64,000 nucleotides of DNA from Gemmatimonadota bacterium. Its GTDB lineage: Bacteria; Gemmatimonadota; Gemmatimonadetes; Longimicrobiales; Gaopeijiaceae. The DNA is taken from contig BTVB01000017.1 in NCBI GenBank assembly GCA_045863275.1, positions 10,371 to 74,370 on the forward strand, in the 5' to 3' direction. A program made the translations under genes and the position numbers. The stretch's first letter is position 1; each line of letters begins with the position of its first letter. Shown piece by piece: positions 49,405 through 57,528 of the stretch. The notes below the pieces were generated by a model. It searched no databases. It was not told the origin of the DNA and worked only from the letters and a program-made list of their open reading frames with translations.

Positions 49405-50153
49405 CAGTGGTGGGTGAGGTTCAATGCCCCGGTGCTCTCATCCATGCGCCGGTAGAACGCCGTGACCCGCCCCACGAGCTGAAGCCGGGCCTCGTCGTCC
49501 ACCAACGTCCGCTCGCCCCCGGGCTTGAGGGATTCGAGCTGGATTCCCGAACCATTGCGGCTGAAGCGGTGGAACCATGATCCGGTCCCCACCGAAGCCA
49601 CCACCACGGAGCCTTCCTCCACCTCGGAGGCGTCCACGGGCTCGACGAGCACGTAGTCGCCTTCCTGGATGCCCAGCACGGCCAGGTCGGAGGACCCGGC
49701 GCGCACGAAGAAGCCTCCCTTGTCGCCGCCGAGCCGGCGGTCGATGGAGAGATGCAGCTCCGGCTTCTCGCTCCGGCCCTGGGGCACCTCGCGGTAACAG
49801 GGGAGCGACACCGTGTGCGTGGAGAGGTCCACGCCCAGGATCTTCACGCCCCGCGAGCGCGACGGGTCCCGCTCCAGGCAACCCTTGTCCGCCAGGGATT
49901 GGAGGTGCTCCGAGACGGTCTTCGTGCTCTTGATGCCGAACCGCTCCCCGATCTCGCGGATGGACGGCTGGTACGTGTTCGCGCGCAGATACTGGACCAT
50001 GAAGTCCAGGATCTTCCGCTCGATCTCCGTGAGGGGGTGCGTCCCGGCCTCCGGGGCGCGCCGACCCTGCGGGGCCGCGGCGTCGCGAAGCGCTGTAGGT
50101 TCGGAACGGGGCAACGTGTTGCCTTTGAGAGCAGTGGAGCCGCCGGTAAACAT
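49404..50153 (-). CDS. lexA: LexA-family repressor (wHTH plus S24 peptidase-like domain) with atypical cleavage and catalytic positions
   Basis: Track ORF, 249 aa. The DNA-binding domain LTEIERKILDFMVQYLRANTYQPSIREIGERFGIKSTKTVSEHLQSLADKGCLE is clearly LexA-like. The C-terminal domain aligns by eye to the E. coli LexA S24 domain but carries substitutions (see findings). Confidence 0.8.
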   Translation of the reverse strand: MFTGGSTALKGNTLPRSEPTALRDAAAPQGRRAPEAGTHPLTEIERKILDFMVQYLRANTYQPSIREIGERFGIKSTKTVSEHLQSLADKGCLERDPSRSRGVKILGVDLSTHTVSLPCYREVPQGRSEKPELHLSIDRRLGGDKGGFFVRAGSSDLAVLGIQEGDYVLVEPVDASEVEEGSVVVASVGTGSWFHRFSRNGSGIQLESLKPGGERTLVDDEARLQLVGRVTAFYRRMDESTGALNLTHH

Positions 50154-50166
50154 GTGGCGGCAGGCT

Positions 50167-50196
50167 ATCCTAATGTGCGCCGGGAACCAGTGTCAA
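50167..50196 (-). promoter_or_regulatory. Candidate sigma-70-type promoter of lexA-tadA
   Basis: The minus strand reads TTGACA (50196..50191), an 18-nt spacer, TAGGAT (50172..50167), then 13 nt to ATG 50153. It sits in the 55-nt gap after the gltX stop. Confidence 0.4.
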
Positions 50197-50208
50197 GAAA
50201 GGGTCTTC

Positions 50209-51642
50209 TCACGGCGCACCCACCCTGTCCAGCGCCATCTCGATCCGGGACAGCGACCTCTCCCTCCCCAGCAGCGCCAGCACCTCGAAGATGCCCGGGC
50301 TGGACGCCTGCCCGGTGAGGGCGACGCGGAGCGGATGGATGAGCTTCCCCGCTCCCACGCCCAGCTCCTCGGCCAGCCCCCGCAGCCTCTCCTCCAGGGG
50401 CGCCTCGGCCCACTCGGCGTCGCGCAGCGCCCTCGCGACCGCCTCCAGGCGCGCGGCCGCCTCGGACGGCTCCCGGGACCAGTGCCTGGCCACGGCCTGC
50501 TCGTCGTACGCCAGCGCGTCCGACACGTAAGGGAGCGCCTGCTCGCCGATCTCGTCCACGGTGCGCGCCCGCACCTTGAGCAGGTCCACCAGGCGGGCCA
50601 TCCACGCGTCGTCGGAGAGGCGCTGAGCGTCCACGCCCTCCACGGACCCCAGGCGGGACCGGGCCCGGGCGAGGAGCTCCGCGGAGGGCGTCTCGGCCAG
50701 GTGCCGGCCGTTGAGCCAGGACAGCTTCTCCAGGTCGAACACGGAGCTCTTCTTCAGGATCCGCTCGGCTGTGAACGCCTCCACCAGCTCGGTCCGGGAC
50801 ATCACCTCCCGCTCGTCTCCCGGGTTCCAGCCCAGCAGCGCCAGGAAGTTGACCATGGCCTCGGGGAGGATCCCCTGGGCCTCGTAGTCACCCACCGCGG
50901 TGGCGCCGTGGCGCTTCGACAGGCGCTTGCCGTCGGAGCCCAGGATGAGGGGAACGTGCCCGAAGGTCGGTTCGGCGTAGCCCAACGCCCGGTACAGCAG
51001 CGCCTGCTTCGGCGTGTTCGACAGGTGGTCGTCGCCGCGGACGACGTGGGTGATGCCCATGGCGTGGTCGTCGGAGACCACCGCCAGGTTGTACACCGGC
51101 GTTCCGTCGCTGCGCAGGATGACCAGGTCGTCGATGTCGTCGTTGCCGAAGCGCATCTCCCCGTGGACCATGTCGACGAAGCGCGTCTCGCCGTCGGGCA
51201 CGCGGAAGCGGATGGCGAAGCGCTCCCCCGCCGCCGCGCGCCGCTCGGCCTCGCCGGGGCCCAGGGCCTCGGCCTTCTCGCGGGCGACGCGGCTCGGGTG
51301 CATACCGCGAGCCTCCGCCTCCGCCTTCACCTGCTCCGGGTCGGAGAAGTCGCGGTACGCCTTCCCCTCCACCAGGAGCCTGAGCGCCTCCTCGGCGTGG
51401 CGCGCCACGCCCTCGCTCTGGAACACGGGGCCCTCGTCCCAGTCGATGCCCAGCCACGTGAGGCCGTGGAGGATGGCCTCGGTGTGCTCGTCCCGGTTGC
51501 GCTGCTGGTCCGTGTCCTCGATGCGCAGCACGAAGACGCCGCCGTGTTTGCGGGCCAGGAGCCAGTTGAACAGGGCGGTGCGCGCACCGCCCACGTGCAG
51601 GTACCCGGTGGGCGACGGCGCGAAGCGTACCCGCATGGTCAT
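50209..51642 (-). CDS. gltX: Glutamate--tRNA ligase
   Basis: Last 477 aa of track ORF 50209..52038, from ATG 51642 (ATGA overlap with the glnS stop). It contains RFAPSPTGYLHVGGARTALFNW (HIGH type) and the KMSKS-like RLSKRHG. Confidence 0.9.
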   Translation of the reverse strand: MTMRVRFAPSPTGYLHVGGARTALFNWLLARKHGGVFVLRIEDTDQQRNRDEHTEAILHGLTWLGIDWDEGPVFQSEGVARHAEEALRLLVEGKAYRDFSDPEQVKAEAEARGMHPSRVAREKAEALGPGEAERRAAAGERFAIRFRVPDGETRFVDMVHGEMRFGNDDIDDLVILRSDGTPVYNLAVVSDDHAMGITHVVRGDDHLSNTPKQALLYRALGYAEPTFGHVPLILGSDGKRLSKRHGATAVGDYEAQGILPEAMVNFLALLGWNPGDEREVMSRTELVEAFTAERILKKSSVFDLEKLSWLNGRHLAETPSAELLARARSRLGSVEGVDAQRLSDDAWMARLVDLLKVRARTVDEIGEQALPYVSDALAYDEQAVARHWSREPSEAAARLEAVARALRDAEWAEAPLEERLRGLAEELGVGAGKLIHPLRVALTGQASSPGIFEVLALLGRERSLSRIEMALDRVGAP

Positions 51643-53984
51643 GCCCCGCCCCCAAGCCTGCGCGCCAGGAGGTCCTTCACCGCCTTCGGGTCTGCGGCGC
51701 CCTTCGTGGCCTTCATGACCTCGCCCACGAAGAGGCCCATGAGGTTGGCGCGGCCGCCCCGGTACTCCTCCACCTTGTCGGGGAAGCGGGCGAGGGCGGC
51801 GTCCACGGCGGCCTCCAGGGCCCCGTGGTCGTCGATCTTCTCCAGCCCGAGGCGCCGGGTGATCTCCTCGGGGTTCCCCCCCTTCTCCGCCATCTCGGCG
51901 AGGACGTCCTTGGCGGCCCGGCGCGACAACGCGCCCCCGGCCACCATTTCGGCCAGGCGTCCCAGCTCCCGCCCGCGGAAGGGAAGCTGGGCGACGGTCC
52001 TCCCGGCCAGGACGCCGCGCAGGTCGTTCACCATCCACGACGCCACGGTGAGGGCGTCTCCGTGGGCCTCCAGCGCCTCCTCGAAGAAGTCGGAGGACTC
52101 CCGGGACCCGGTGAGGACGTCGGCGTCCTCCAGCGCCATGTCGAAGTCGCGGACGTACCGCTCCATCCGCACCGCCAGCTCGGGGTCTGCGCGGCGCTTC
52201 CCCTCCCGCTCGGCGCTCACCCTCGGCCCCCGCTGCGGCCCGGGCACCGGCTCCGGAGGGGGAGCGGCCGCCTTCGCTCCGGGGGGAGCGGCTTCCGCCG
52301 CCATCTGCTTCGCCCAGGTGTCCTTCAGCGTCACGATGCGGTTGAACACAAGGCCGTCCCCCGCCCCGTCCACCGGGTCGCGCCAGAAGTACCCCACGCG
52401 CTCGAACTGGTAGCGCGTGTCCGGGGCGTCCAGGGCCACCGAGGGCTCGACCTTGCCCCGGGCCACGCGGAGGGAATCGGGGTTGAGGTGATCGGTGAAG
52501 TCGCCGCCCTCGGGCACCTCATCGGGGTCCGGGGCGTCGAAGAGACGGTCGTAGAGCCTGAGCTCGGCGTCGAGTGCGTGGGCGGCCGAGACCCAGTGGA
52601 TGGTGCCCAGCCCCTTCCGCCCCCCGGACTCGCCCCCGCGGGTGGCGGGATCGTAGCTGCAGCGCAGCTCCACCACGTTCCCGCCGGCGTCCTTCACCAC
52701 CTCCTCACAACGGACGACGTATGCGTACCTGAGCCGGACATCGCCCCCCGGGACCAGGCGCTTGAACCCCTTGGGCGGCGTCTCCTCGAAGTCGGAGCGC
52801 TCGATCCACAGCTCCCGGCCGAAGGGGACGGGGCGGGAGCCCTCCTTCGGCACGTCGTGGGGGTAGTAGGGGGCGTCCAGCTCCTCCTCCGTTCCCTCGG
52901 GGTAGTCGGTGATCACGACCTTGAGGGGCTCCACCACCGCCATCACCCGGGGCGCCACCGCGTTCAGGGTGTCGCGGATGGCGTACTCCAGCTTGGCGAT
53001 GTCCACCCGGGAGTTGCTCTTCACCACGCCCGCGGCGAAGGCGAAGGCCCGGAGCGCCTCGGGAGGCACACCCCGTCGCCGGATGCCCGCGATGGTGGGC
53101 ATGCGCGGGTCGTCCCACCCCGCCACGTGCCCCTCCTCCACCAGGCGGATGAGCCTCCGCTTGGAGAGGACCGTGTACTCCACGTTCAGCCGGTTGAACT
53201 CGTACTGGTGGGTCCGGGGCTCCTCGAAGCCCACGTTGTCCAGGATCCAGTCGTAGATCTCCCGGTTGTTCTCGAACTCGAGGGTGCAAAGCGAGTGGCT
53301 CACGCCCTCGAAGGCGTCCTCGAGGCAGTGGGCGTAGTCGTACAGCGGGTAGACGCACCAGTCGTCGCCCGTGCGGTAGTGGCTGGCGTGGCGGATGCGG
53401 TAGAACACCGGGTCGCGCATGATCATGTTGGGCGAAGCCAGGTCGATCTTCCCCCGGAGCACGTGGGCGCCGTTGGGGAACTCGCCGGCGCGCATGCGGC
53501 GGAACAGGTCCAGGTTCTCCTCCACCGACCGGTCCCGGTACGCGGTGGGGCGCCCCGGCTCGGTCACCGACCCCCGGGCCTCCCGGATCTCCTCCTCGGT
53601 GGAGGAGTCCACGTACGCCAGGCCCTTCCCGATGAGCACCTCGGCGCACTCGACCATGCGCTCGAAGTAGTCCGACGCGAAGTACAGGTGTGGGCCCCAG
53701 TCGTAGCCCAGCCAGCGGACGTCGTTCTGGATGGACGCCACGTACTCCGTGCGCTCCGTCTCCGGGTTGGTGTCGTCGAAGCGGAGGTGGCAGCGCCCGC
53801 CGAACTCCTCGGCGATGCCGAAGTTCAGGCAGATGGACTTGGCGTGCCCCAGGTGGAGGTACCCGTTGGGCTCGGGGGGGAAGCGGGTGACGACCGCGTC
53901 GTACCGGCCCTCCTCGAGGTGGGCCGAGACGATCTGGCGGATGAAGTCTGTTCCCGGTGACCGGGGCGTGCTGGCTTCGCTCAT
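51639..53984 (-). CDS. glnS: Glutamine--tRNA ligase with a C-terminal GatB/YqeY-like extension of about 220 aa
   Basis: Last 781 aa of track ORF 51639..54125, from ATG 53984 (MSEAST..., like E. coli MSEAEA...). It contains RFPPEPNGYLHLGHAKSICLNFG and VLSKRRL. The core ends at FNRIVTLKDTWAK (residue ~559). A P/A-rich linker and a YqeY-like domain follow (ASWMVNDL...GNPEEITRRLGLEKIDD...NLMGLFVGEVMKATKGAADPKAV). Confidence 0.9.
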   Translation of the reverse strand: MSEASTPRSPGTDFIRQIVSAHLEEGRYDAVVTRFPPEPNGYLHLGHAKSICLNFGIAEEFGGRCHLRFDDTNPETERTEYVASIQNDVRWLGYDWGPHLYFASDYFERMVECAEVLIGKGLAYVDSSTEEEIREARGSVTEPGRPTAYRDRSVEENLDLFRRMRAGEFPNGAHVLRGKIDLASPNMIMRDPVFYRIRHASHYRTGDDWCVYPLYDYAHCLEDAFEGVSHSLCTLEFENNREIYDWILDNVGFEEPRTHQYEFNRLNVEYTVLSKRRLIRLVEEGHVAGWDDPRMPTIAGIRRRGVPPEALRAFAFAAGVVKSNSRVDIAKLEYAIRDTLNAVAPRVMAVVEPLKVVITDYPEGTEEELDAPYYPHDVPKEGSRPVPFGRELWIERSDFEETPPKGFKRLVPGGDVRLRYAYVVRCEEVVKDAGGNVVELRCSYDPATRGGESGGRKGLGTIHWVSAAHALDAELRLYDRLFDAPDPDEVPEGGDFTDHLNPDSLRVARGKVEPSVALDAPDTRYQFERVGYFWRDPVDGAGDGLVFNRIVTLKDTWAKQMAAEAAPPGAKAAAPPPEPVPGPQRGPRVSAEREGKRRADPELAVRMERYVRDFDMALEDADVLTGSRESSDFFEEALEAHGDALTVASWMVNDLRGVLAGRTVAQLPFRGRELGRLAEMVAGGALSRRAAKDVLAEMAEKGGNPEEITRRLGLEKIDDHGALEAAVDAALARFPDKVEEYRGGRANLMGLFVGEVMKATKGAADPKAVKDLLARRLGGGA

Positions 53985-54212
53985 GCGGGTGGCGCGGTTG
54001 GAGGCGGCCCCGGGGCGGCTTCCAGGGCTCGCCCCGTGGGTGCTGTAGCCGTGAAAGATAGTGGAAAGGGTTTCAGCGGGCCCCGTGCCGTGCCAACTCC
54101 CCCTCCACCTCGCACGGGAGCGCATGCGTGGCCTCCCGGAAGCGCACGATCTCGAGCTGCCGGACGACCGCCGCGTTGGGCTCCGGGTTCGGCGTGTCGA
54201 GAGGGCGCCCGC

Positions 54213-55400
54213 TCACGCGCCGGCCCCCGGTTGGGTCACGAGGCGTCCGTTCTCCACCCAGGGTACCCCGTCCACGGTGACGGTGGCGTCGGTGAAGAAG
54301 TTCCAGCGCACGTACCCGCCCCCCACGGCACCGCCCAGCTCGGTGTTGTCGCCCAGGGAGAGGCGGACCACGCCGGCGCCGTACCCGTAGTAAGGGATCC
54401 ACGGGTCCGTCGCGGGGATGGCCAGCAGGGGGTTGAAGCCCAGGGCGAACTCCCGGAAGGCGCGTGCCGCCGGGCCCGCGCCGTCCATCTCGGCCCGGAC
54501 CGCCTCCACCCCCGTCGCCGCCTCGACCTCCACGGCCACGCCCCTCGTGAACGTGAGCGTCAGCCCCTCCACGGTCGTAGCCCCCCAGGCCGAGGGCGGG
54601 AAGACCACCCGCCCCTCCACCGTCTCCTCCAGGGGTGCCACGCGGATGGCCCCCGCGGGGAGCTCCACCTCCCGGTCGATGAGGTTCCGCGCCAGGGCGG
54701 CCCGGGCGGCGGAGGCGTCGCCGTCCTGCTTCGTCACCGGCCGGTCGCCGACGCGGAACCGCAGGTCCGTGCCCGCCGGCGTGGTGACGCGCACCTCCGC
54801 GCCCCGCACGGCGTCCTCGAAGGCGCGCTGGGCGGCGGCGAGGGCCGCGTAGTCGGTGCTCAACAGGACGTCCCGGTACAGCGCGGCGCGGCCCGGGTCC
54901 ATGTCCATGAGCGTCCCGTCCAGGGCGTACGCGCCCGCCCAGTGGAAGTGGACCGTCCGGCCACGACCGCCCCGGAGCACCGCCTGGAGCGCGGCATACA
55001 CCGGGTGCGCGGGGACGGCGCCCGGAAGCATCACGGCGGCGTCCACGCCGGACAGGGCCGTCACCAACGCGTCCCCGTCCAGCCCCCCGAGCCCGCGCGT
55101 GAATTCGGTCTCCCACCCCGCGGGCGCCGAGCCCTCCACGGGCCACCCCCCCAGGTCCTCGGCACCCGCCGCCCGCACTCCCGCGCGGAGGCGCTCCACC
55201 ATGGCGTCGAAGCGCCCGGGCTGGCCCACCAGGAGAACCCGCTCCCCGGGCCGGAGCGCGAGCCGTTGGAGGACGACGTCGGCGAGCGCGGCCATGTCCG
55301 GGGCCACCGGCGCGTCCTGGGGAATGGAGGGAGGGGCCTCGCCTCCGCAGGCGGCGAGGACGTTGACCGCCAGGAGCAGCGGCAGGACGGCGTGGCGCAT
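54213..55400 (-). CDS. M29 (aminopeptidase T/AmpS-like) peptidase, lipoprotein form
   Basis: Last 395 aa of track ORF 54213..56369, from ATG 55400 (MRHAVLPLLLAVNVLAACGG, lipobox). The C-terminal half resembles M29 (VEGLTLTFTRGVAVEVEAATG...AFREFALGFNP). Confidence 0.65.
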   Translation of the reverse strand: MRHAVLPLLLAVNVLAACGGEAPPSIPQDAPVAPDMAALADVVLQRLALRPGERVLLVGQPGRFDAMVERLRAGVRAAGAEDLGGWPVEGSAPAGWETEFTRGLGGLDGDALVTALSGVDAAVMLPGAVPAHPVYAALQAVLRGGRGRTVHFHWAGAYALDGTLMDMDPGRAALYRDVLLSTDYAALAAAQRAFEDAVRGAEVRVTTPAGTDLRFRVGDRPVTKQDGDASAARAALARNLIDREVELPAGAIRVAPLEETVEGRVVFPPSAWGATTVEGLTLTFTRGVAVEVEAATGVEAVRAEMDGAGPAARAFREFALGFNPLLAIPATDPWIPYYGYGAGVVRLSLGDNTELGGAVGGGYVRWNFFTDATVTVDGVPWVENGRLVTQPGAGA

Positions 55401-55444
55401 GGAGGACTCCTTCGAGGGTGGGGCGGAAGTGTGGCCCGTGGACG

Positions 55445-56191
55445 TCACCGGAGCCGGCCCGCCGTGTAGAGGAGGATGCTGGGGCCGTAGACGATGCTCT
55501 CGTTGCTCCCCACGATGACGATGGTCTCCACCATGTCCAGCGGGAGGGTGTCCCAGAAGTGCGGCCCAAGGGGGACCCCGTTCAGGAAGACCCTCATGCA
55601 CACCAGCCGGTACTCGAAGCACAGGTCCCGGCCGAAGCCCTTCACGACGATGGGCGCGTTGGTCCACCGCACCAGGTCGGGGAAGGAGTGCCCCTTGTCC
55701 AGGTGGTCCTCGATGACCCGCCGGGGAATGGGGGGCGTGCGGAGGGACCTGGGGTTCGTACCCACCACCAGGTTGATGGCCCGCTCCAGCTCCCGCTGGC
55801 GCTCCACCGAGACCTCCATCCCCCGGATGGGGATGGGCACCCTGCGGGTGGTGAGGTCCACCGCGTAGTCCCTGTCGGCGTCCTCGACCCTCAGGAGGGG
55901 CGTCTCCGCCGCGGCGTACCCCAGGCCCTCCGCCGCGAGGCGGTACGTCCCCGGCCCAGGGGCCTCCAGACGGTAGCGCCCCAGGGAGTCGGCCAGGGTG
56001 ACGGCCACGTCCCGGCTCTCCCCGTCGAGGAGGCGCACCAGCGCCGTGCTCACCCCCTCGTCGGTCTCGGCGTCCAGGACACGGCCGTGGAACGCCTGCC
56101 CCGACACGCCGGCCGGGGGGGCCGCCAGGGCCAGCGCGAGGGCGGCGGCCTGGGCGAGGCGGATCGGGGCGGCGGTGTCGCGTACACCCAT
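55445..56191 (-). CDS. Secreted protein: carboxypeptidase-regulatory-like domain followed by a TonB-receptor-plug-like segment, no barrel
   Basis: Last 248 aa of track ORF 55445..56269, from ATG 56191. It has a signal peptide. FHGRVLDAETDEGVSTALVRLLD...GRYRLEAPGPGTYRLAAEGLGY is CarboxypepD_reg-like. VFLNGVPLGP...LPLDMVETIVIVGSNESIVYG is plug-like. Confidence 0.5.
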   Translation of the reverse strand: MGVRDTAAPIRLAQAAALALALAAPPAGVSGQAFHGRVLDAETDEGVSTALVRLLDGESRDVAVTLADSLGRYRLEAPGPGTYRLAAEGLGYAAAETPLLRVEDADRDYAVDLTTRRVPIPIRGMEVSVERQRELERAINLVVGTNPRSLRTPPIPRRVIEDHLDKGHSFPDLVRWTNAPIVVKGFGRDLCFEYRLVCMRVFLNGVPLGPHFWDTLPLDMVETIVIVGSNESIVYGPSILLYTAGRLR

Positions 56192-56283
56192 GTCGTCTTC
56201 CTCCGGTGGCCAGGTGCGCCCCCGGGGGGGCGAAGACGTTAACTTCGGTCCATCGCGACCGTCGCGCACCTACGGGGGTGTCC

Positions 56284-57519
56284 ATGCGTGCCTCGAGGGG
56301 TCTCTTCGCCGCCGTCCTCCTCGCCTTGGGGTCGGTTCTCCCCGCCCGGGCCCAGGAGGCCGTGGTCAACGCGGTGCTCTTCTACTCCCCCTCGTGCCCC
56401 CACTGCCACGAGGTCATCAACCGCCACCTCCCGCCCCTCCGCGAGCGCTTCGGCGACGCCTTCGTGGTGGTGGGCGTCGACGTGACCACACGGGGCGGCC
56501 AGGAGCTCTACCAGGCCACGGTGGACCACTTCGCGATTCCCGAGGGCCGCCTGGGCGTCCCCACCCTCGTGGTGGGCCCCCACGTCCTCGTGGGCTCCCT
56601 GGAGATCCCCCAGCAGCTCCCGGGAATCGTCGAGCGCGGGCTGGCCGGCGGCGGCCTGGACTGGCCGCCCGTCGCCCGGCTCAGGGAGGTGCTGGCGGCG
56701 CAGGGGCTCCTGGACCGGCGCCCCGACGCCGACGCGGAGGCGGCCCCTGGCGAGGCCACCCCCCCGCCGGCCCCCTCCCGCGACGCCGCGACCCCGGCCG
56801 ACGACACGGCCCGTCGGGGTGCCCGGACCTCGGACGCCCCCGCCCCGGGGCCGGAGAGGCCTCAGGACACCGCGTCGGCCCCGCCCCCCGCCACCCCGTC
56901 GGCGGACGACTCGGGGCTCAGCGCGGCGCTCCCCGACGAGGAGGTCTTCGAGACCACCTCCGCCACCCCCATGGACCGGTTCCTCAGGGACCCGGTGGCG
57001 AACGGCGTGGCGGTGGCCGTCCTGCTCCTCCTCCTGGGCGTCCTGGCCTGGTCCACGCGTCTCGTGCTTCGCCCCGGGTCCCCGGCCCCCGTGCTGCCCC
57101 GCCCCCTCTTCCCCCTCCTTGCGGCGGTGGGCATGGGCATCGCGGCCTACCTGAGCTTCGTGGAGGTCACCGGGACCCTCGCCGTGTGCGGTCCGGTTGG
57201 GGACTGCAACACCGTCCAGCAGAGCACCTGGGCCCACCTCTTCGGCATCCTCCCCGTGGGCGTGCTGGGGCTGGCGGGCTACGTGGCTCTCCTCGCGGCC
57301 TGGGTGGCTGCCCGAACGGCCGGGGAACCGCTGGCCGGAAGGGCCCGCGGCGCGCTCTGGGGCATGGCGTGGGTGGGGACGGCGTTCTCGGCCTGGCTCA
57401 CCTTCCTCGAGCCCTTCGTCATCGGGGCGACGTGCGCCTGGTGCGTGTCGTCGGCCCTGGTCATGGCCGTCCTCCTGGTGGGGGCCACCGGGGAGCTCCA
57501 CGCTCCCGCGGCGGCCTGA
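56284..57519 (+). CDS. Fusion of an N-terminal periplasmic thioredoxin-like domain (CPHC) to a C-terminal VKOR (vitamin K epoxide reductase-like) membrane domain
   Basis: Last 411 aa of track ORF 56206..57519, from ATG 56284. It has a signal peptide, then FYSPSCPHCHEV. A P/A/D-rich linker of about 110 aa follows. Five TM segments then carry the VKOR loop cysteines (CGPVGDC) and the active site CAWC. Confidence 0.75.
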   Translation: MRASRGLFAAVLLALGSVLPARAQEAVVNAVLFYSPSCPHCHEVINRHLPPLRERFGDAFVVVGVDVTTRGGQELYQATVDHFAIPEGRLGVPTLVVGPHVLVGSLEIPQQLPGIVERGLAGGGLDWPPVARLREVLAAQGLLDRRPDADAEAAPGEATPPPAPSRDAATPADDTARRGARTSDAPAPGPERPQDTASAPPPATPSADDSGLSAALPDEEVFETTSATPMDRFLRDPVANGVAVAVLLLLLGVLAWSTRLVLRPGSPAPVLPRPLFPLLAAVGMGIAAYLSFVEVTGTLAVCGPVGDCNTVQQSTWAHLFGILPVGVLGLAGYVALLAAWVAARTAGEPLAGRARGALWGMAWVGTAFSAWLTFLEPFVIGATCAWCVSSALVMAVLLVGATGELHAPAAA

Positions 57520-57528
57520 GGGCCCGCC

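Noticed and set aside
50154-50208. I looked for an SOS box (CTGT-N8-ACAG, GAAC-N4-GTTC, GTTC-N7-GTTC types) in the lexA promoter gap.
   Set aside because: - GGTTCCCGG occurs only as a single half-site-like element.
- No convincing palindrome or direct repeat is present.
53985-54212. TTGGCACGGCACGGGG upstream of glnS as a sigma-54 promoter. I also considered the 47-codon in-frame N-terminal extension of glnS (to 54125).
   Set aside because: - The -12 element (GC after 10 nt in a TTGC context) is missing.
- The extension is W/R/G/S-rich.
- The protein aligns to E. coli GlnRS from MSEA... at 53984.
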